A stretch of 64,000 nt of DNA from an uncultured Clostridia bacterium (GCA_934120315.1 CAKOTX010000003.1:71236-135235), one strand, 5' to 3'. Shown: positions 47,972-58,378, counted from the first letter of the stretch. Notes: a model not told the origin generated them from the letters alone. Program-made: numbers and translations.

Positions 47972-50719
47972 CTATTTTTTGGTGTCTGTTCCACTGTTTG
48001 CTTTTTGAGTCATTTTATCTAATGATTCAATTAAACTTTGTAATTCTTTTATATCAGAGCCCATCATTTCCCAATCATTTCTATTATTTGACTCTGTTAA
48101 ATTTTTATTTGCTTTTATAATAGCTTGAATCATTCCTTCAACATCTTCTGTATTAGTTATTTCAATATTTACAGCTGATTTTGATAATAAGTTTGTAATA
48201 GCTTCTTCTAAGCTATCCCCAATTGCAACTTTTGTTCCTGATGCCACAATTACTTTCTCTAAAACTGTAGAAGCACTAGGTTCATTAGTTCTTGTTCTAT
48301 AAACAGTTTCAACATACAAAACTGTATTACCAACTGGAATTATCTTCATATCTTTAGATATTTTACTTCCAGCTACATTTAGAGCTTCTAATTGTGCTGA
48401 AATTGTTTCATCTTGCTGAATCTTTGTATCCAACTGTGTTGGCCCTACTATATTGCTATCTGTTGAATATTTATATATCTTTAATTTGCATTCTGTACCA
48501 TCACAAACACCAACCAAATATGATATTATATTTGATTTTCCGTTTTGTGTATACATTTGAATTAATCCTAATTGAGCTTGACTATCACCATTTTTTACCA
48601 TAGCATAATATGGTTCTAATGTTGCTGTTTTAGTTTTTGAACTTGCTGTTCCATACTTTGGTAATGCCCAAATATCAGCATTTCTATATAATACATCTTC
48701 TTTTACATTATGATATACCATAAGCATTTGAGATTGAATTTTATATAAATATTGTGGATATTTAAATTGAGCTTTTATTCCCTCTGGTATTTCTTTTCCT
48801 GTATAATCAGAAAAGATAGTTGGATATAATTTTAAATATGCCATAATAATTGGATCATTTCTATCTGTTATATAAAATGTCATATCTCCATCATATGCAT
48901 TTATTATAACTTTTACAGAATTTCTAATATAATTTATTTTGTGTTTAGATTCATTATAAATAACTTCTGTATATGTTGAATATGGATATTTATCAGAAAC
49001 TGTATAACCATCTAATACCCAATAAATTTGTCCATTATCAACCACTGTATAAGGATTTTCATCATAAACAATGTTTGGCAACACTGTTTTAGCTCTTTCA
49101 ATTATATTTCTATTTGTTAGAATTTTGCTTTCATCTGAAACAGAACTTGACATTGCAAGTTTTATGTCTCCTTGATTTATTGCTAGTATCAATCTATCAA
49201 TAAACCCAACTTGTATTCCAGATTTTCCAGAATAATTACATGTATGCTCTATTCCAGCATTATCTGTATAATCATATTCTGCTTTATTTTTAGTATTTGT
49301 AACAACTGTACTATTTGTTTCAACACCATAATAAATTCTTGGTTCTGTTATTTCATAAATATTATCAGCACCTGAAATATCTTTTTGAATATATTGGATG
49401 TTTCCATCTTCAGCAACAGCTGTTGCAGATGCAACAATCTCTCCAATTCCATGTGTATATTCATATGTTTTATTATTATAAGAAATATCTAGATTTTTCA
49501 TTTCTCTTGGAGAAATATATACTAATTGCTCTTTGCCATTAACCTCATATTTTGCAATATGAGCATTTTTATATGTATAATATCCTGATTCTGTTTGAGT
49601 ATCATTCAAGCTTTCAATAACTAAATTTTCATTTACTAATGGTATATTGTCTATAATATCAGAATTAGCTTGAACTTCTTCTTCACTTACAGTTCCAGTA
49701 TAATCTACATTTGTTTCATCAACTTTTATATTATATGCTTTTTGGGTTGATTCAATATTTTTTCTTATATATTTTCTTTCTTTATCAAACTCATTAGGCT
49801 TTACAAATATAAAGTCATATCCTACCATTACCACAAACAAAGCTATCAAATAAATTGGAATAGACATTACTGTATACATAATTTTTTTGTTTTGTTTTTT
49901 AACAAAAAACTTTACTGCTAAAATTGTTGCAACAACAATCAATATAGCTAGTCCAATATATCCCCATAATTGAATTGTTGATTCTACAACTCCTGCACCA
50001 ATCAACTCTGTATCATTGCTTAAAGTCAATAATTTTCCTGTAACTATATTTTGTGTACCAAAAATAGTTTTTATAGAATATTCTATTGCCAAAATTATTG
50101 TATTTCTCAATAACTTTTTAATTAATTTACTTTCTTTTAATAGTTCTCTGTCAACAGCTTTAAAATAAAAATTAAATACAACAATATAATATCCAGCCAT
50201 ATACAAGCTTAGCCAAATAGTCAACTTAATAAGAATATCTATTCCTAATTCAATTAATGGCTTTACAAACATATAATAAGAAATATCTAAATTAAAAATA
50301 AAATCTGTCTCACCAAATGATACATTACTTGCTAATAGTAATATCTTTTCAGTCAAATTATTAGATATAATAACACTTACTATTGCTGCAATAACTAATG
50401 TTAATGACTTATTAGGAAGTTTAGGCATTGTTTTATTTTCTTGTTCAAAAAACGGCTTTAAGCCTTTTTTTACGCCTTTGTTTATAAAATATATAATAAT
50501 ACTTAAAACCACAAAGCTTATTCCCATTATTGTATATTTACATTTAATATCTGTCAAAAATTTTTCGACATATTGATTTCCTAGCTCAAGATACTCCAAA
50601 TATTGGCCTCTTAGCGATATATATGTTATAAGTGCATATATTATAAGAAATGCTATTACAAGTCCTGCTCTTGCTTTTTTTCCGATTCTTAGTTTAGTTA
50701 TTTCCATATTTTCCTCCAT
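47972..50719 (-). CDS. UPF0182 family large membrane protein
   Basis: 915 aa; about 7 N-terminal TM helices followed by a large soluble domain. The start shares a TAATG overlap with the ftsY stop. An alternative ATG at 50707 lies 5 nt after GGAGG. Confidence 0.6.
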   Translation of the reverse strand: MEENMEITKLRIGKKARAGLVIAFLIIYALITYISLRGQYLEYLELGNQYVEKFLTDIKCKYTIMGISFVVLSIIIYFINKGVKKGLKPFFEQENKTMPKLPNKSLTLVIAAIVSVIISNNLTEKILLLASNVSFGETDFIFNLDISYYMFVKPLIELGIDILIKLTIWLSLYMAGYYIVVFNFYFKAVDRELLKESKLIKKLLRNTIILAIEYSIKTIFGTQNIVTGKLLTLSNDTELIGAGVVESTIQLWGYIGLAILIVVATILAVKFFVKKQNKKIMYTVMSIPIYLIALFVVMVGYDFIFVKPNEFDKERKYIRKNIESTQKAYNIKVDETNVDYTGTVSEEEVQANSDIIDNIPLVNENLVIESLNDTQTESGYYTYKNAHIAKYEVNGKEQLVYISPREMKNLDISYNNKTYEYTHGIGEIVASATAVAEDGNIQYIQKDISGADNIYEITEPRIYYGVETNSTVVTNTKNKAEYDYTDNAGIEHTCNYSGKSGIQVGFIDRLILAINQGDIKLAMSSSVSDESKILTNRNIIERAKTVLPNIVYDENPYTVVDNGQIYWVLDGYTVSDKYPYSTYTEVIYNESKHKINYIRNSVKVIINAYDGDMTFYITDRNDPIIMAYLKLYPTIFSDYTGKEIPEGIKAQFKYPQYLYKIQSQMLMVYHNVKEDVLYRNADIWALPKYGTASSKTKTATLEPYYAMVKNGDSQAQLGLIQMYTQNGKSNIISYLVGVCDGTECKLKIYKYSTDSNIVGPTQLDTKIQQDETISAQLEALNVAGSKISKDMKIIPVGNTVLYVETVYRTRTNEPSASTVLEKVIVASGTKVAIGDSLEEAITNLLSKSAVNIEITNTEDVEGMIQAIIKANKNLTESNNRNDWEMMGSDIKELQSLIESLDKMTQKANSGTDTKK

Positions 50720-51624
50720 TATATTATAGCCTTAGCGAAATCTTTTGAATTAAAGATCTCCATATCATCAATTTGCTCACCAACACCAATAAATTTTACA
50801 GGAATTTTATTTTCTTCTACAATTCCAATAACAGCGCCACCTTTGGCAGTTCCGTCTAATTTTGTAAGAACTATACCTGTAATATCTGCTTGTTCTTTAA
50901 ATGCTTTTACTTGTGAAATTGCATTTTGACCTGTTCCAGCATCAATTACTAGCAAAACTTCTTTTGATGCATCTGGCATTTCTTTGTTTATTACTTTTTG
51001 AATTTTGTTTAGCTCGTCCATTAAATATTTTTTATTGTGTAATCTTCCTGCTGTATCACAAATTAAAACATCTGCACCTATTTCCCTTGTCTTTTTTATA
51101 GCATCAAATACAACTGAAGCTGGATCTATACCTTCTTCTCTTTTTACTATTTCAGCACCAGCTCTTTTAGCCCAAATCTCTAATTGTTCTACTGCTGCAG
51201 CTCTAAATGTATCTGCAGCAGCAACTACAACTTTTTTTCCATCTCTTGATAATCTTGCAGCCATTTTTCCAATAGAAGTAGTTTTTCCTACTCCATTTAC
51301 TCCTATTACCAAGATTACAGATGGCTTAGTTTCAAGCTTTAATGAATTATCTGAAATTTCTAATATTTTTTCAATTTCTTCCCTTAATGATTCTTTTACT
51401 TGTTCTTCATCTTCAATTTTTTCTTTTTTAATTCTAGTTCTTAGATTATCTATTATTTTTGTTGAAGTTTCAATTCCTATATCTGACATTATTAATGCTT
51501 CTTCTAGTTCTTCTAGAAAATCTTCATCCACTTTTCTAAAATTACTAAAAACATCATTAATTTTTTCATTAATTGAATCTTTTGTTTTGCTTAGTCCTTG
51601 TTTTAGTTTATCAAAAAATCCCAT
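50719..51624 (-). CDS. ftsY: Signal recognition particle receptor FtsY
   Basis: GVNGVGKTTSIGK, DTAGR and TKLDGTAKGG motifs. Confidence 0.95.
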   Translation of the reverse strand: MGFFDKLKQGLSKTKDSINEKINDVFSNFRKVDEDFLEELEEALIMSDIGIETSTKIIDNLRTRIKKEKIEDEEQVKESLREEIEKILEISDNSLKLETKPSVILVIGVNGVGKTTSIGKMAARLSRDGKKVVVAAADTFRAAAVEQLEIWAKRAGAEIVKREEGIDPASVVFDAIKKTREIGADVLICDTAGRLHNKKYLMDELNKIQKVINKEMPDASKEVLLVIDAGTGQNAISQVKAFKEQADITGIVLTKLDGTAKGGAVIGIVEENKIPVKFIGVGEQIDDMEIFNSKDFAKAII

Positions 51625-51640
51625 CTTAAACCCTCTTTCT

Positions 51641-53005
51641 CTATTTGCAATTTTTCTCTATTAAATCTGCTATTTTTTGTGCTTTTTCTCTAATAACCTC
51701 TTTATCTTTTCCTTCAATCATAACTCTAACAAGAGGTTCTGTTCCAGAAGGTCTAATTAAAACTCTGCCATTTCCGGAAAATTCTTTTTCTAATTTTTCA
51801 ATTGCATCTTTTATTTCTGCATTTTTTTCATAATCATATTTTTTATCTGAATCTACTTTTGCATTTATTAAAACTTGTGGATATTTTTGTACAATTGCGC
51901 CTAATTCTGATGCTTTTTTGCCACTCTCTAAAATTGCTTGAATTAGCATTAATGAAGTTAATATTCCATCACCAGTAGGATTGTAATCTAATAATATAAC
52001 ATGGCCAGATTGCTCTCCACCTAAGTTATATCCGCTTTTTAGCATTTCTTCTAGTACATATCTGTCTCCTACTTTGGTTTGAATAAAGTTCAAACCTTCT
52101 TTTTCTGCAAATTTATTCAACCCTAAGTTACTCATAACAGTTGCAACAATTGTATCTTTAGCAAGCTTATCTTGTTTTCTTAGATATTGAGAAATAATTG
52201 CAAGCAATTTATCTCCATCTATTTCTTCTCCATTTTCGTCAACGGCAAGGCATCTATCTCCATCACCATCATATGCAATTCCAAGACTCATTTTGTTTTT
52301 TACAACATATTCCTTCAACATTTCAAGATGTGTTGAACCACATCCAGCATTAATGTTTATTCCATCTGGATTATTATTTATTATTACATGATTTATTCCA
52401 AGTGTTGTAAATACTTTATCTGCAACTTGATATGTTGCACCATTTGCAGTATCTATAACAACTTTAAAATCTGATCTATTTAGTCTTGCAATATTATCAT
52501 CAAAATTCTTTCTAAAGAAATATACATATTCATCTAATAAATCTGTGCTTACTTCAGAAACACCTATTTTTTCGCTTACTGCTGATAATTCGTCAAGTTT
52601 TCCAGAATCCATAACTTCTTCTATTTCTTCCTCAACATCATCAGGAATTTTCATTCCTTTATTGCTAAAATATTTAATACCATTGAATTCATATGTATTG
52701 TGAGAAGCTGAAATAACTACACTTGCATCAGCTTGTAGCTTTCTAGTCAAATATGCAACACCAGGAGTTGGAATAACTCCTAGTAATTTTACATTTGCAC
52801 CATAGCTTAAAAATCCTGCAACCATCGCACTTTCTATTAATGTGCCTGAAAGACGAGTATCTCTACCAATCAATATAGTTGGAGCTTTTTTAGAATGTTT
52901 TGACAACACATATGCCCCTGCTTTAGCGACTTTATAAACTAACTCTGGTGATAATTCAGTATTTGCAATTCTACGAATTCCATCAGTCCCAAAATATTTT
53001 CTCAT
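51641..53005 (-). CDS. glmM: Phosphoglucosamine mutase
   Basis: YFGTDGIRRIAN N-terminus, phosphoserine loop SASHNTYEFNGIK, DGDGDR metal loop and GEQSGH. Confidence 0.95.
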   Translation of the reverse strand: MRKYFGTDGIRRIANTELSPELVYKVAKAGAYVLSKHSKKAPTILIGRDTRLSGTLIESAMVAGFLSYGANVKLLGVIPTPGVAYLTRKLQADASVVISASHNTYEFNGIKYFSNKGMKIPDDVEEEIEEVMDSGKLDELSAVSEKIGVSEVSTDLLDEYVYFFRKNFDDNIARLNRSDFKVVIDTANGATYQVADKVFTTLGINHVIINNNPDGININAGCGSTHLEMLKEYVVKNKMSLGIAYDGDGDRCLAVDENGEEIDGDKLLAIISQYLRKQDKLAKDTIVATVMSNLGLNKFAEKEGLNFIQTKVGDRYVLEEMLKSGYNLGGEQSGHVILLDYNPTGDGILTSLMLIQAILESGKKASELGAIVQKYPQVLINAKVDSDKKYDYEKNAEIKDAIEKLEKEFSGNGRVLIRPSGTEPLVRVMIEGKDKEVIREKAQKIADLIEKNCK

Positions 53006-53028
53006 ATTATCTACCTCTTCCTCTGAAA

Positions 53029-53733
53029 CTAATCAATAAACTGATTTAATAAACTATAATATTCTGTCATCCTATTTAAATTTGTAAATTGTATTTTATC
53101 TTCTTTGATTTCCCAAGAACTTTTATTATCCTCTAAAAACTTCTTTATCTTTTCTATCTTAGTAACTTTTTCATTTAATTTGCTATTTTCATCTTTTACT
53201 TTTTCGATTAAAGAAACATATTGAGCCTTCATAGAATCACTTAACATGATTGTATTATACAAATTTTTATAATAATCTTTTCTATTAGAAATATTTTTAG
53301 CATCAATATTCTCGGTAATCTTACTCTCGCTTGTTAAACTTTGCAATTCAGATACACAATTTTGACCTTTTTCTTTATATTCACTTATAATTTCTTCAAC
53401 AGCCTTTAAATCCTTGTTCTGCATATTTTGAGATGAAAAAATATTATTAGGATTTATTCCTGAATTCAATTCATCAATCTCTACATATATATTCTTAAGA
53501 TTAGATACATATTCTTTTACAGCTTTTTCTACAACCGCATAATTTTTCTTAGTTTTAATTGAAAAACTAATATTCTCATTTGCAATATCTGATTGCAATA
53601 TTTTATTTGTCTCTTCTGACAACAACTTCATTTGTTCAGAATTAAAATTATTGAAAGAATATGCAATAACTCCTATGGCTACTATTAATATTACTAATAT
53701 TATAATTCCTATTATAGTTTTTTTATTTTCCAT
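53029..53733 (-). CDS. Hypothetical membrane-anchored protein
   Basis: N-terminal TM helix (IIGIIILVILIVAIGVIAY) followed by a coiled-coil-like Lys/Glu/Asn-rich ectodomain. Confidence 0.45.
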   Translation of the reverse strand: MENKKTIIGIIILVILIVAIGVIAYSFNNFNSEQMKLLSEETNKILQSDIANENISFSIKTKKNYAVVEKAVKEYVSNLKNIYVEIDELNSGINPNNIFSSQNMQNKDLKAVEEIISEYKEKGQNCVSELQSLTSESKITENIDAKNISNRKDYYKNLYNTIMLSDSMKAQYVSLIEKVKDENSKLNEKVTKIEKIKKFLEDNKSSWEIKEDKIQFTNLNRMTEYYSLLNQFID

Positions 53734-53749
53734 TTTACTTTTCCTCTCT

Positions 53750-53780
53750 TGTTAATTTGGGGTCGGTCCTTTTTTTCGCA
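53750..53780. repeat. Degenerate single unit of the intergenic repeat family (GGGTC variant)
   Basis: tgttaatttggggtcggtcctttttttcgca compared with tgtcaatttggggtcggtgttttttttgaca. It lies directly after the glyQS stop. Confidence 0.5.
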
Positions 53781-53784
53781 TGCC

Positions 53785-55167
53785 TTAAAATTCAACCTTT
53801 TCCTCAATCCATTTTTCCAAATCATTAATATTTACTCTAACTTGTTCCATTGTGTCTCTATCTCTTATTGTTACTGTATTATCTTCTAATGTATCAAAAT
53901 CAACAGTTACGCAATATGGTGTACCTATTTCATCTTCTCTTCTATAACGTTTTCCAATTGAACCAGTTTCATCATATTCACACATGAATTTCTTTGATAA
54001 TTGTGCATATACTTCTTCTGCTTTTTCTGATAATTTTTTAGATAATGGTAATACAGCTACTTTGTATGGTGCTAATGCTGGATGTAAATGTAATACTGTT
54101 CTTGTATCTCCTTCAGCAATTTCTTCCTCATCATATGCATTACACAAAAATGCTAATGCAACTCTGTCTGCTCCAAGTGATGGTTCGATACAATATGGTA
54201 CATATCTTTCATTTGTTTCTGGGTCTAAATATGTGAAATCTTCTTTTGACATATTCATATGATTTGTTAAGTCATAATCAGTTCTGTCAGCAATTCCCCA
54301 TAATTCTCCCCATCCGAATGGGAATGCATATTCTATATCTGTTGTTGCTTTACTATAAAATACTAATTCTTCTGGGCTATGGTCTCTTAAACGAATATTT
54401 TCTTTTTTCATTCCTAATCCTAATAGCCAATCTTCGCAGAATTTTTTCCAATATTCATGCCATTCTAAGTCTGTTCCTGGTCTACAGAAAAATTCTAGTT
54501 CCATTTGTTCAAATTCTCTTGTTCTAAATGTAAAGTTACCTGGTGTAATTTCATTTCTGAATGCTTTTCCTACTTGTGCAATACCCATAGGTAATTTCTT
54601 TCTTGTTGTTCTCATTACATTTTTGAAATTAACAAATATCCCTTGTGCTGTTTCTGGTCTTAAATAGATTTCTGCTTTTGCATCTTCTGTTACACCTTGG
54701 AATGTTTTGAACATTAAGTTGAATTTACGAATTGATGTGAAATTGTGTTTTCCACAGCTTGGACATGGAATATTATTGTCATCTAAGAATTTTATCATTT
54801 CTTCATCAGACATTCCATCTGCAATCATGTCTTTTCCTTGTTCATGAGCCCATTCCTCGATTAATTTATCTGCTCTATGTCTTGTTTTACATTCTTTACA
54901 ATCAATAAGTGGGTCTGAAAATCCTCCAACATGTCCTGATGCTACCCATGTTTGTGGGTTCATTAAAATTGCAGCATCTAATCCTACATTATATTTACAT
55001 TCTTGAACAAATTTTTTTCTCCATAATTTTTTTACATTGTTTTTTAATTCTACTCCTAAAGGTCCATAGTCCCAAGTATTTGCTAATCCTCCGTATATTT
55101 CTGATCCAGGATATATATATCCTCTTGCCTTACACAAATTTACTATTGTGTCCATTGATTTTACCAT
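53785..55167 (-). CDS. glyQS: Glycine--tRNA ligase (homodimeric GlyQS type)
   Basis: [24 protein letters not shown] and class II motifs. RBS AGGAGG precedes the ATG, and a T-box leader lies upstream. Confidence 0.95.
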   Translation of the reverse strand: MVKSMDTIVNLCKARGYIYPGSEIYGGLANTWDYGPLGVELKNNVKKLWRKKFVQECKYNVGLDAAILMNPQTWVASGHVGGFSDPLIDCKECKTRHRADKLIEEWAHEQGKDMIADGMSDEEMIKFLDDNNIPCPSCGKHNFTSIRKFNLMFKTFQGVTEDAKAEIYLRPETAQGIFVNFKNVMRTTRKKLPMGIAQVGKAFRNEITPGNFTFRTREFEQMELEFFCRPGTDLEWHEYWKKFCEDWLLGLGMKKENIRLRDHSPEELVFYSKATTDIEYAFPFGWGELWGIADRTDYDLTNHMNMSKEDFTYLDPETNERYVPYCIEPSLGADRVALAFLCNAYDEEEIAEGDTRTVLHLHPALAPYKVAVLPLSKKLSEKAEEVYAQLSKKFMCEYDETGSIGKRYRREDEIGTPYCVTVDFDTLEDNTVTIRDRDTMEQVRVNINDLEKWIEEKVEF

Positions 55168-55205
55168 TTTAAACTCCTCCTTGTTACTTCTTTGCTAGAA
55201 AAATC

Positions 55206-55430
55206 AAAAAAACTTTCATTCCTAGCAATAAAAAATATATTGCTAGGGACGAAAGTTAAGTTCCGCGTTTCCACCCTAATTCTCAAAGTCTTTTTTCAAG
55301 ACATTGGGCACCTTAATTTATATTACTCCAAAGCTCCCCTCATGGTTCAAATTACTAGCTTCGCACCAACTGCTAGCTCTCTCCAAAATTTTCCACATGA
55401 TTTTTCTTTTTCATCGTAATTATTTATTTG
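55206..55430 (-). promoter_or_regulatory. T-box riboswitch leader of glyQS (probable Gly specifier GGU)
   Basis: Minus strand shows an AGAGA box, a specifier-loop candidate GCTAGC-agttGGTgcgaa-GCTAG, and the T-box sequence AATTAGGGTGGAAACGCGG (UGGA would pair with a U73 tRNA-Gly end). A terminator follows: CTTTCGTCCCTAGCAATA...TATTGCTAGGAATGAAAG plus a T7 run. Confidence 0.85.
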
Positions 55431-55435
55431 CAATT

Positions 55436-55464
55436 ATTATATTATTTTAACATTGCTTTGTCAA
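55436..55464 (-). promoter_or_regulatory. Consensus sigma-A promoter of the glyQS T-box leader
   Basis: Minus strand reads TTGACA (55464..55459), 17 nt, TATAAT (55441..55436). Confidence 0.75.
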
Positions 55465-55591
55465 CATTTTTTATAAAAAACTGGATTTTTTTAGAGATTT
55501 ATGCTATAATTCTTTTTGTTCGATGCAGAAATAAGCTAGGTATATTTCTGCTAATCCCTGATTTTTCAATAAAATGATGGAGGTTTAGCAA

Positions 55592-55918
55592 ATGAAAAAA
55601 ACGATTGATTTGACTTATATTGAAAAAGGCGTGTCTTACAAAGGCACTATCGATCGGGAAAGTTTTTTGAACTACATGCAGCATCTGGTCACCTGGTATC
55701 CTGACCGAAATGCAAATGCAACCAAGCTTTGCGAATTGATTCCTGAAATGGAAACTATCAAAATCAATAAAGATATTATAGAAACTCAGGATGTTCCGTT
55801 CATTGAATACAAATGTCCCGAAGATGCTCGTACCAAAATGTTGCGTCTTTCTCGCCCATGCCGTATTATTTGGAGCATTTTGGAAGACTATTGCGACCAA
55901 GCCAAAAACAATCAATAA
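55592..55918 (+). CDS. Orphan 108-aa protein in a G+C-elevated islet (no family recognised)
   Basis: RBS GGAGG lies 8 nt before the ATG. An extended -10 TGCTATAAT sits at 55502..55510, and the gene has its own terminator. Its codon choices (ctg, cgg, ccg, gcc) are unlike its neighbours. The antisense ORF 55499..55915 looks like a shadow. Confidence 0.6.
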   Translation: MKKTIDLTYIEKGVSYKGTIDRESFLNYMQHLVTWYPDRNANATKLCELIPEMETIKINKDIIETQDVPFIEYKCPEDARTKMLRLSRPCRIIWSILEDYCDQAKNNQ

Positions 55919-55927
55919 TTATTTCAA

Positions 55928-55966
55928 AACAGAGGAGTTCTCACTGAACTCCCCTGTTTATTTTTG
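55928..55966. terminator. Bidirectional terminator shared by the orphan gene and rqcH
   Basis: AACAGAGGAGTTC tcact GAACTCCCCTGTT followed by TATTTTT; an A-run lies on the other side. Confidence 0.7.
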
Positions 55967-57616
55967 TGGATTTACATTTAATGTCTTATTATTTGTAAAT
56001 ATAACCATTCCTGGTTTTGAGCCATTTGGCTTTTTTACAAATTGAACTAAACAATAATCAACTGGAACATTTGAAGACATTTTGGCTTTACTATGTTTTG
56101 CAGCAATCTCTGCTGCTTTTACTAAAATATCATCATTTACTTCTTTATCTGCTTTTAATATAACATGACTTCCTTGCACATCTTTGGTATGAAACCAATA
56201 ATCTGTTTTACTTGCAAATGATAATGTTAACCAATCATTTTCTTTATTATTTCTTCCAACATAAATTTTATATCCATCCACCTCATATTCAATTGGTGAA
56301 AATTTTTGTTGTTTTTTCTTTTTTTGATTTTTGTTTTTCTTTTCTTTCTTCTTTAATTTTTCTTTAAATACTACATTTTCGCTTATTTCTTCAAAGATGT
56401 CCTGAACATCTTCTAAACATGTACTATCTTCTAATTCATAAACTATACTTTCTATATAATTTAATTCTTTTTCTGTTTCTACCTTTTGCTCAGACACAAT
56501 CTTATATGCATTTTTCAATTTTGAATATTTTTTAAAATATCTCTTTGCATTCATGCTTGGCGAATATTTTACATCTAATGGAATTTTTATATTGCTATTA
56601 TCATAGTAATTGTACAATTCTATACTATCTGAATGTGTATTTGTAAGCTGATATAAATTTGCTGTTATAAGTTCTCCATATAATCTATATTTGTCCATTC
56701 CATCACATTCTTGCAATTTAGCATCTATGCTTGCTAAACGATTTTTATATTTTTTTAGAACTTCTAAAATCATTCTAAGCATAGTATTTCTAGCATTTGT
56801 AAAAGCTTCTGTAGTCTCTCTTTCAAAATAAAAATCATCTATAAAAAAGTTTAATTCAAACCTTTCTTTCTCTTGATCTGAAAGTTTTAAAACATAGTCA
56901 GAACCTTCTAACTCAAATTTTAACTTTTTACTATTTATAATTTCATTTATATAATTATATATTTCAGGTAATTTTCTATGTTCTACTGCAGATTTTGCAA
57001 ATGACAAGCTTATCCCTGTAAATGTATTTGAAAGCTTTTTAGCATAATCATTTTCTGTTGAATCTATTTCTAGTTTTTCACCAAACTCTTCTGGCCCTGA
57101 CAATTTAGTAAATTCATATTTGTTTGATTGTGGTAATGTATAAATTCGTGATGGCAATATTTCTCTATATGAATTATTTGAAGCAATATGCCTCATTGCA
57201 TCAATAATAATATCATTTTGGTTTTTTAGAATGATATTGCTATGTTTTCCCATCAGTTCTAAAATTAAGGTTTTATTTTCTATCTCATTAAATTCATTAA
57301 TAGTCTCAATTTCAATATTTACAATTCTTTCAAGCCCTTGCATAGAAATATTTGATATTTTACCACCTATCAAATGTTTTCTAAGTAGCATACAAAAATT
57401 AGGCGCAACAAGTGGGTTTATTTTGGTATGTGTTGTTAAATTTAATCTACAATTATGTGCATCTATACAAATATTTAATGCATAATTTTTTCCTTGTGAA
57501 TACAATCCTAACACTATTGTATTTTTATCAGGTTCATGTACTTTATCAATTTTACTTCCAACTAATTCTTGCAACTCTGTTACAATTGCTTTTGTTACAA
57601 TTCCATCAAATGCCAT
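55958..57616 (-). CDS. rqcH: NFACT/FbpA family ribosome quality control protein RqcH
   Basis: MAFDGIVTKAIVTELQ N-terminus, central coiled coil, and C-terminal NFACT-R region (YWFHTKDVQGSHVIL). The start is at ATG 57616, 6 nt after GGAGGAG; the ORF-track start at 57631 is a TTG inside the RBS. Confidence 0.85.
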   Translation of the reverse strand: MAFDGIVTKAIVTELQELVGSKIDKVHEPDKNTIVLGLYSQGKNYALNICIDAHNCRLNLTTHTKINPLVAPNFCMLLRKHLIGGKISNISMQGLERIVNIEIETINEFNEIENKTLILELMGKHSNIILKNQNDIIIDAMRHIASNNSYREILPSRIYTLPQSNKYEFTKLSGPEEFGEKLEIDSTENDYAKKLSNTFTGISLSFAKSAVEHRKLPEIYNYINEIINSKKLKFELEGSDYVLKLSDQEKERFELNFFIDDFYFERETTEAFTNARNTMLRMILEVLKKYKNRLASIDAKLQECDGMDKYRLYGELITANLYQLTNTHSDSIELYNYYDNSNIKIPLDVKYSPSMNAKRYFKKYSKLKNAYKIVSEQKVETEKELNYIESIVYELEDSTCLEDVQDIFEEISENVVFKEKLKKKEKKNKNQKKKKQQKFSPIEYEVDGYKIYVGRNNKENDWLTLSFASKTDYWFHTKDVQGSHVILKADKEVNDDILVKAAEIAAKHSKAKMSSNVPVDYCLVQFVKKPNGSKPGMVIFTNNKTLNVNPQK

Positions 57617-57658
57617 GGTTATCTCCTCCAAATATTATTATAATACCACAATTTTATT

Positions 57659-58237
57659 TTATTGTAAATAATCTAATGGGTTTACATACTCATTATCTAT
57701 TCTAAAACCTATATGAAGATGACAACCTGTTGTTGCTCCATTTGTTGGATTTCCAGCTGAATCTGTATAAATATTTCCTGCCACTCCATATACATATTTA
57801 GGCCCTACATTTCCTATTATATCTCCTTGTTCTACAAATTGCCCTTTTGATACTATATAATTAGGCGAAACATGACAATAAGATATTTTTATATCTTCTT
57901 CTGTTGTAAGTGTTATTGTATATCCGCCACCGCCTAGAAATCCTGTAAATGTTATTTCTCCATCACAGGTTGCAACAAGTGGCGTTCCTTCAGGAGCTGG
58001 TATGTCTGTTCCTTTATGATATGTTGATGCACCTGAGGTTGGAGCAGTTCTTTTTCCAAATGGAGAAGATATTAAAGTATATCCTGGAATAGGCCAGGCA
58101 TATTTTGAATTTTCCCCAATTATAATTTGACCTTTTTCACTAGTACCAGCATTTATTGGCATTGTTGGTATAAAAAATATGCATATTATTATTGTGAATA
58201 TTATTACTCTAGTTATTAATTTATTTATAAGTCTCAC
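57659..58237 (-). CDS. Secreted M23 family metallopeptidase
   Basis: Signal peptide, HKGTDIPA and GCHLHIGFR motifs. Confidence 0.8.
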   Translation of the reverse strand: MRLINKLITRVIIFTIIICIFFIPTMPINAGTSEKGQIIIGENSKYAWPIPGYTLISSPFGKRTAPTSGASTYHKGTDIPAPEGTPLVATCDGEITFTGFLGGGGYTITLTTEEDIKISYCHVSPNYIVSKGQFVEQGDIIGNVGPKYVYGVAGNIYTDSAGNPTNGATTGCHLHIGFRIDNEYVNPLDYLQ

Positions 58238-58303
58238 CTCCGTAAACTCTTTATTTTTAGACGAAAAAAAGAAGTCTAGCTATTACACTAAACTTCTTTG
58301 TTA

Positions 58304-58378
58304 TGGCAGGGGTACTAGGATTCGAACCCAGACAAGCGGTTTTGGAGACCGATGTGCTACCATTAACACTATGCCCCT
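58304..58378 (-). tRNA. trnW: tRNA-Trp (anticodon CCA), with encoded 3' CCA
   Basis: Minus-strand sequence AGGGGCATAGTGTTAATGGTAGCACATCGGTCTCCAAAACCGCTTGTCTGGGTTCGAATCCTAGTACCCCTGCCA folds as a cloverleaf with anticodon loop CU-CCA-AA and a GTTCGAATC T-loop. There is a C6:A67 mismatch in the acceptor stem. A terminator hairpin plus T-run lies downstream at about 58262..58296. Confidence 0.85.

Noticed and set aside
51005-51664. Plus-strand 219-aa ORF, and many similar plus-strand ORFs (e.g. 9106..9522, 18091..18588, 32314..32754, 43687..44148, 59117..59590, 61706..62149)
   Set aside because: All lie antisense to well-supported minus-strand genes (ftsY, surface protein, argS, ftsX, ftsH, BspA-like and others). 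They have Ser/Leu/Phe/Ile-rich shadow composition and lack RBSs.
55499-55915. Minus-strand 138-aa ORF overlapping the orphan gene
   Set aside because: It has no RBS and an implausible composition. It would have to be transcribed through the glyQS promoter region. The plus-strand ORF has a promoter, an RBS and a terminator.
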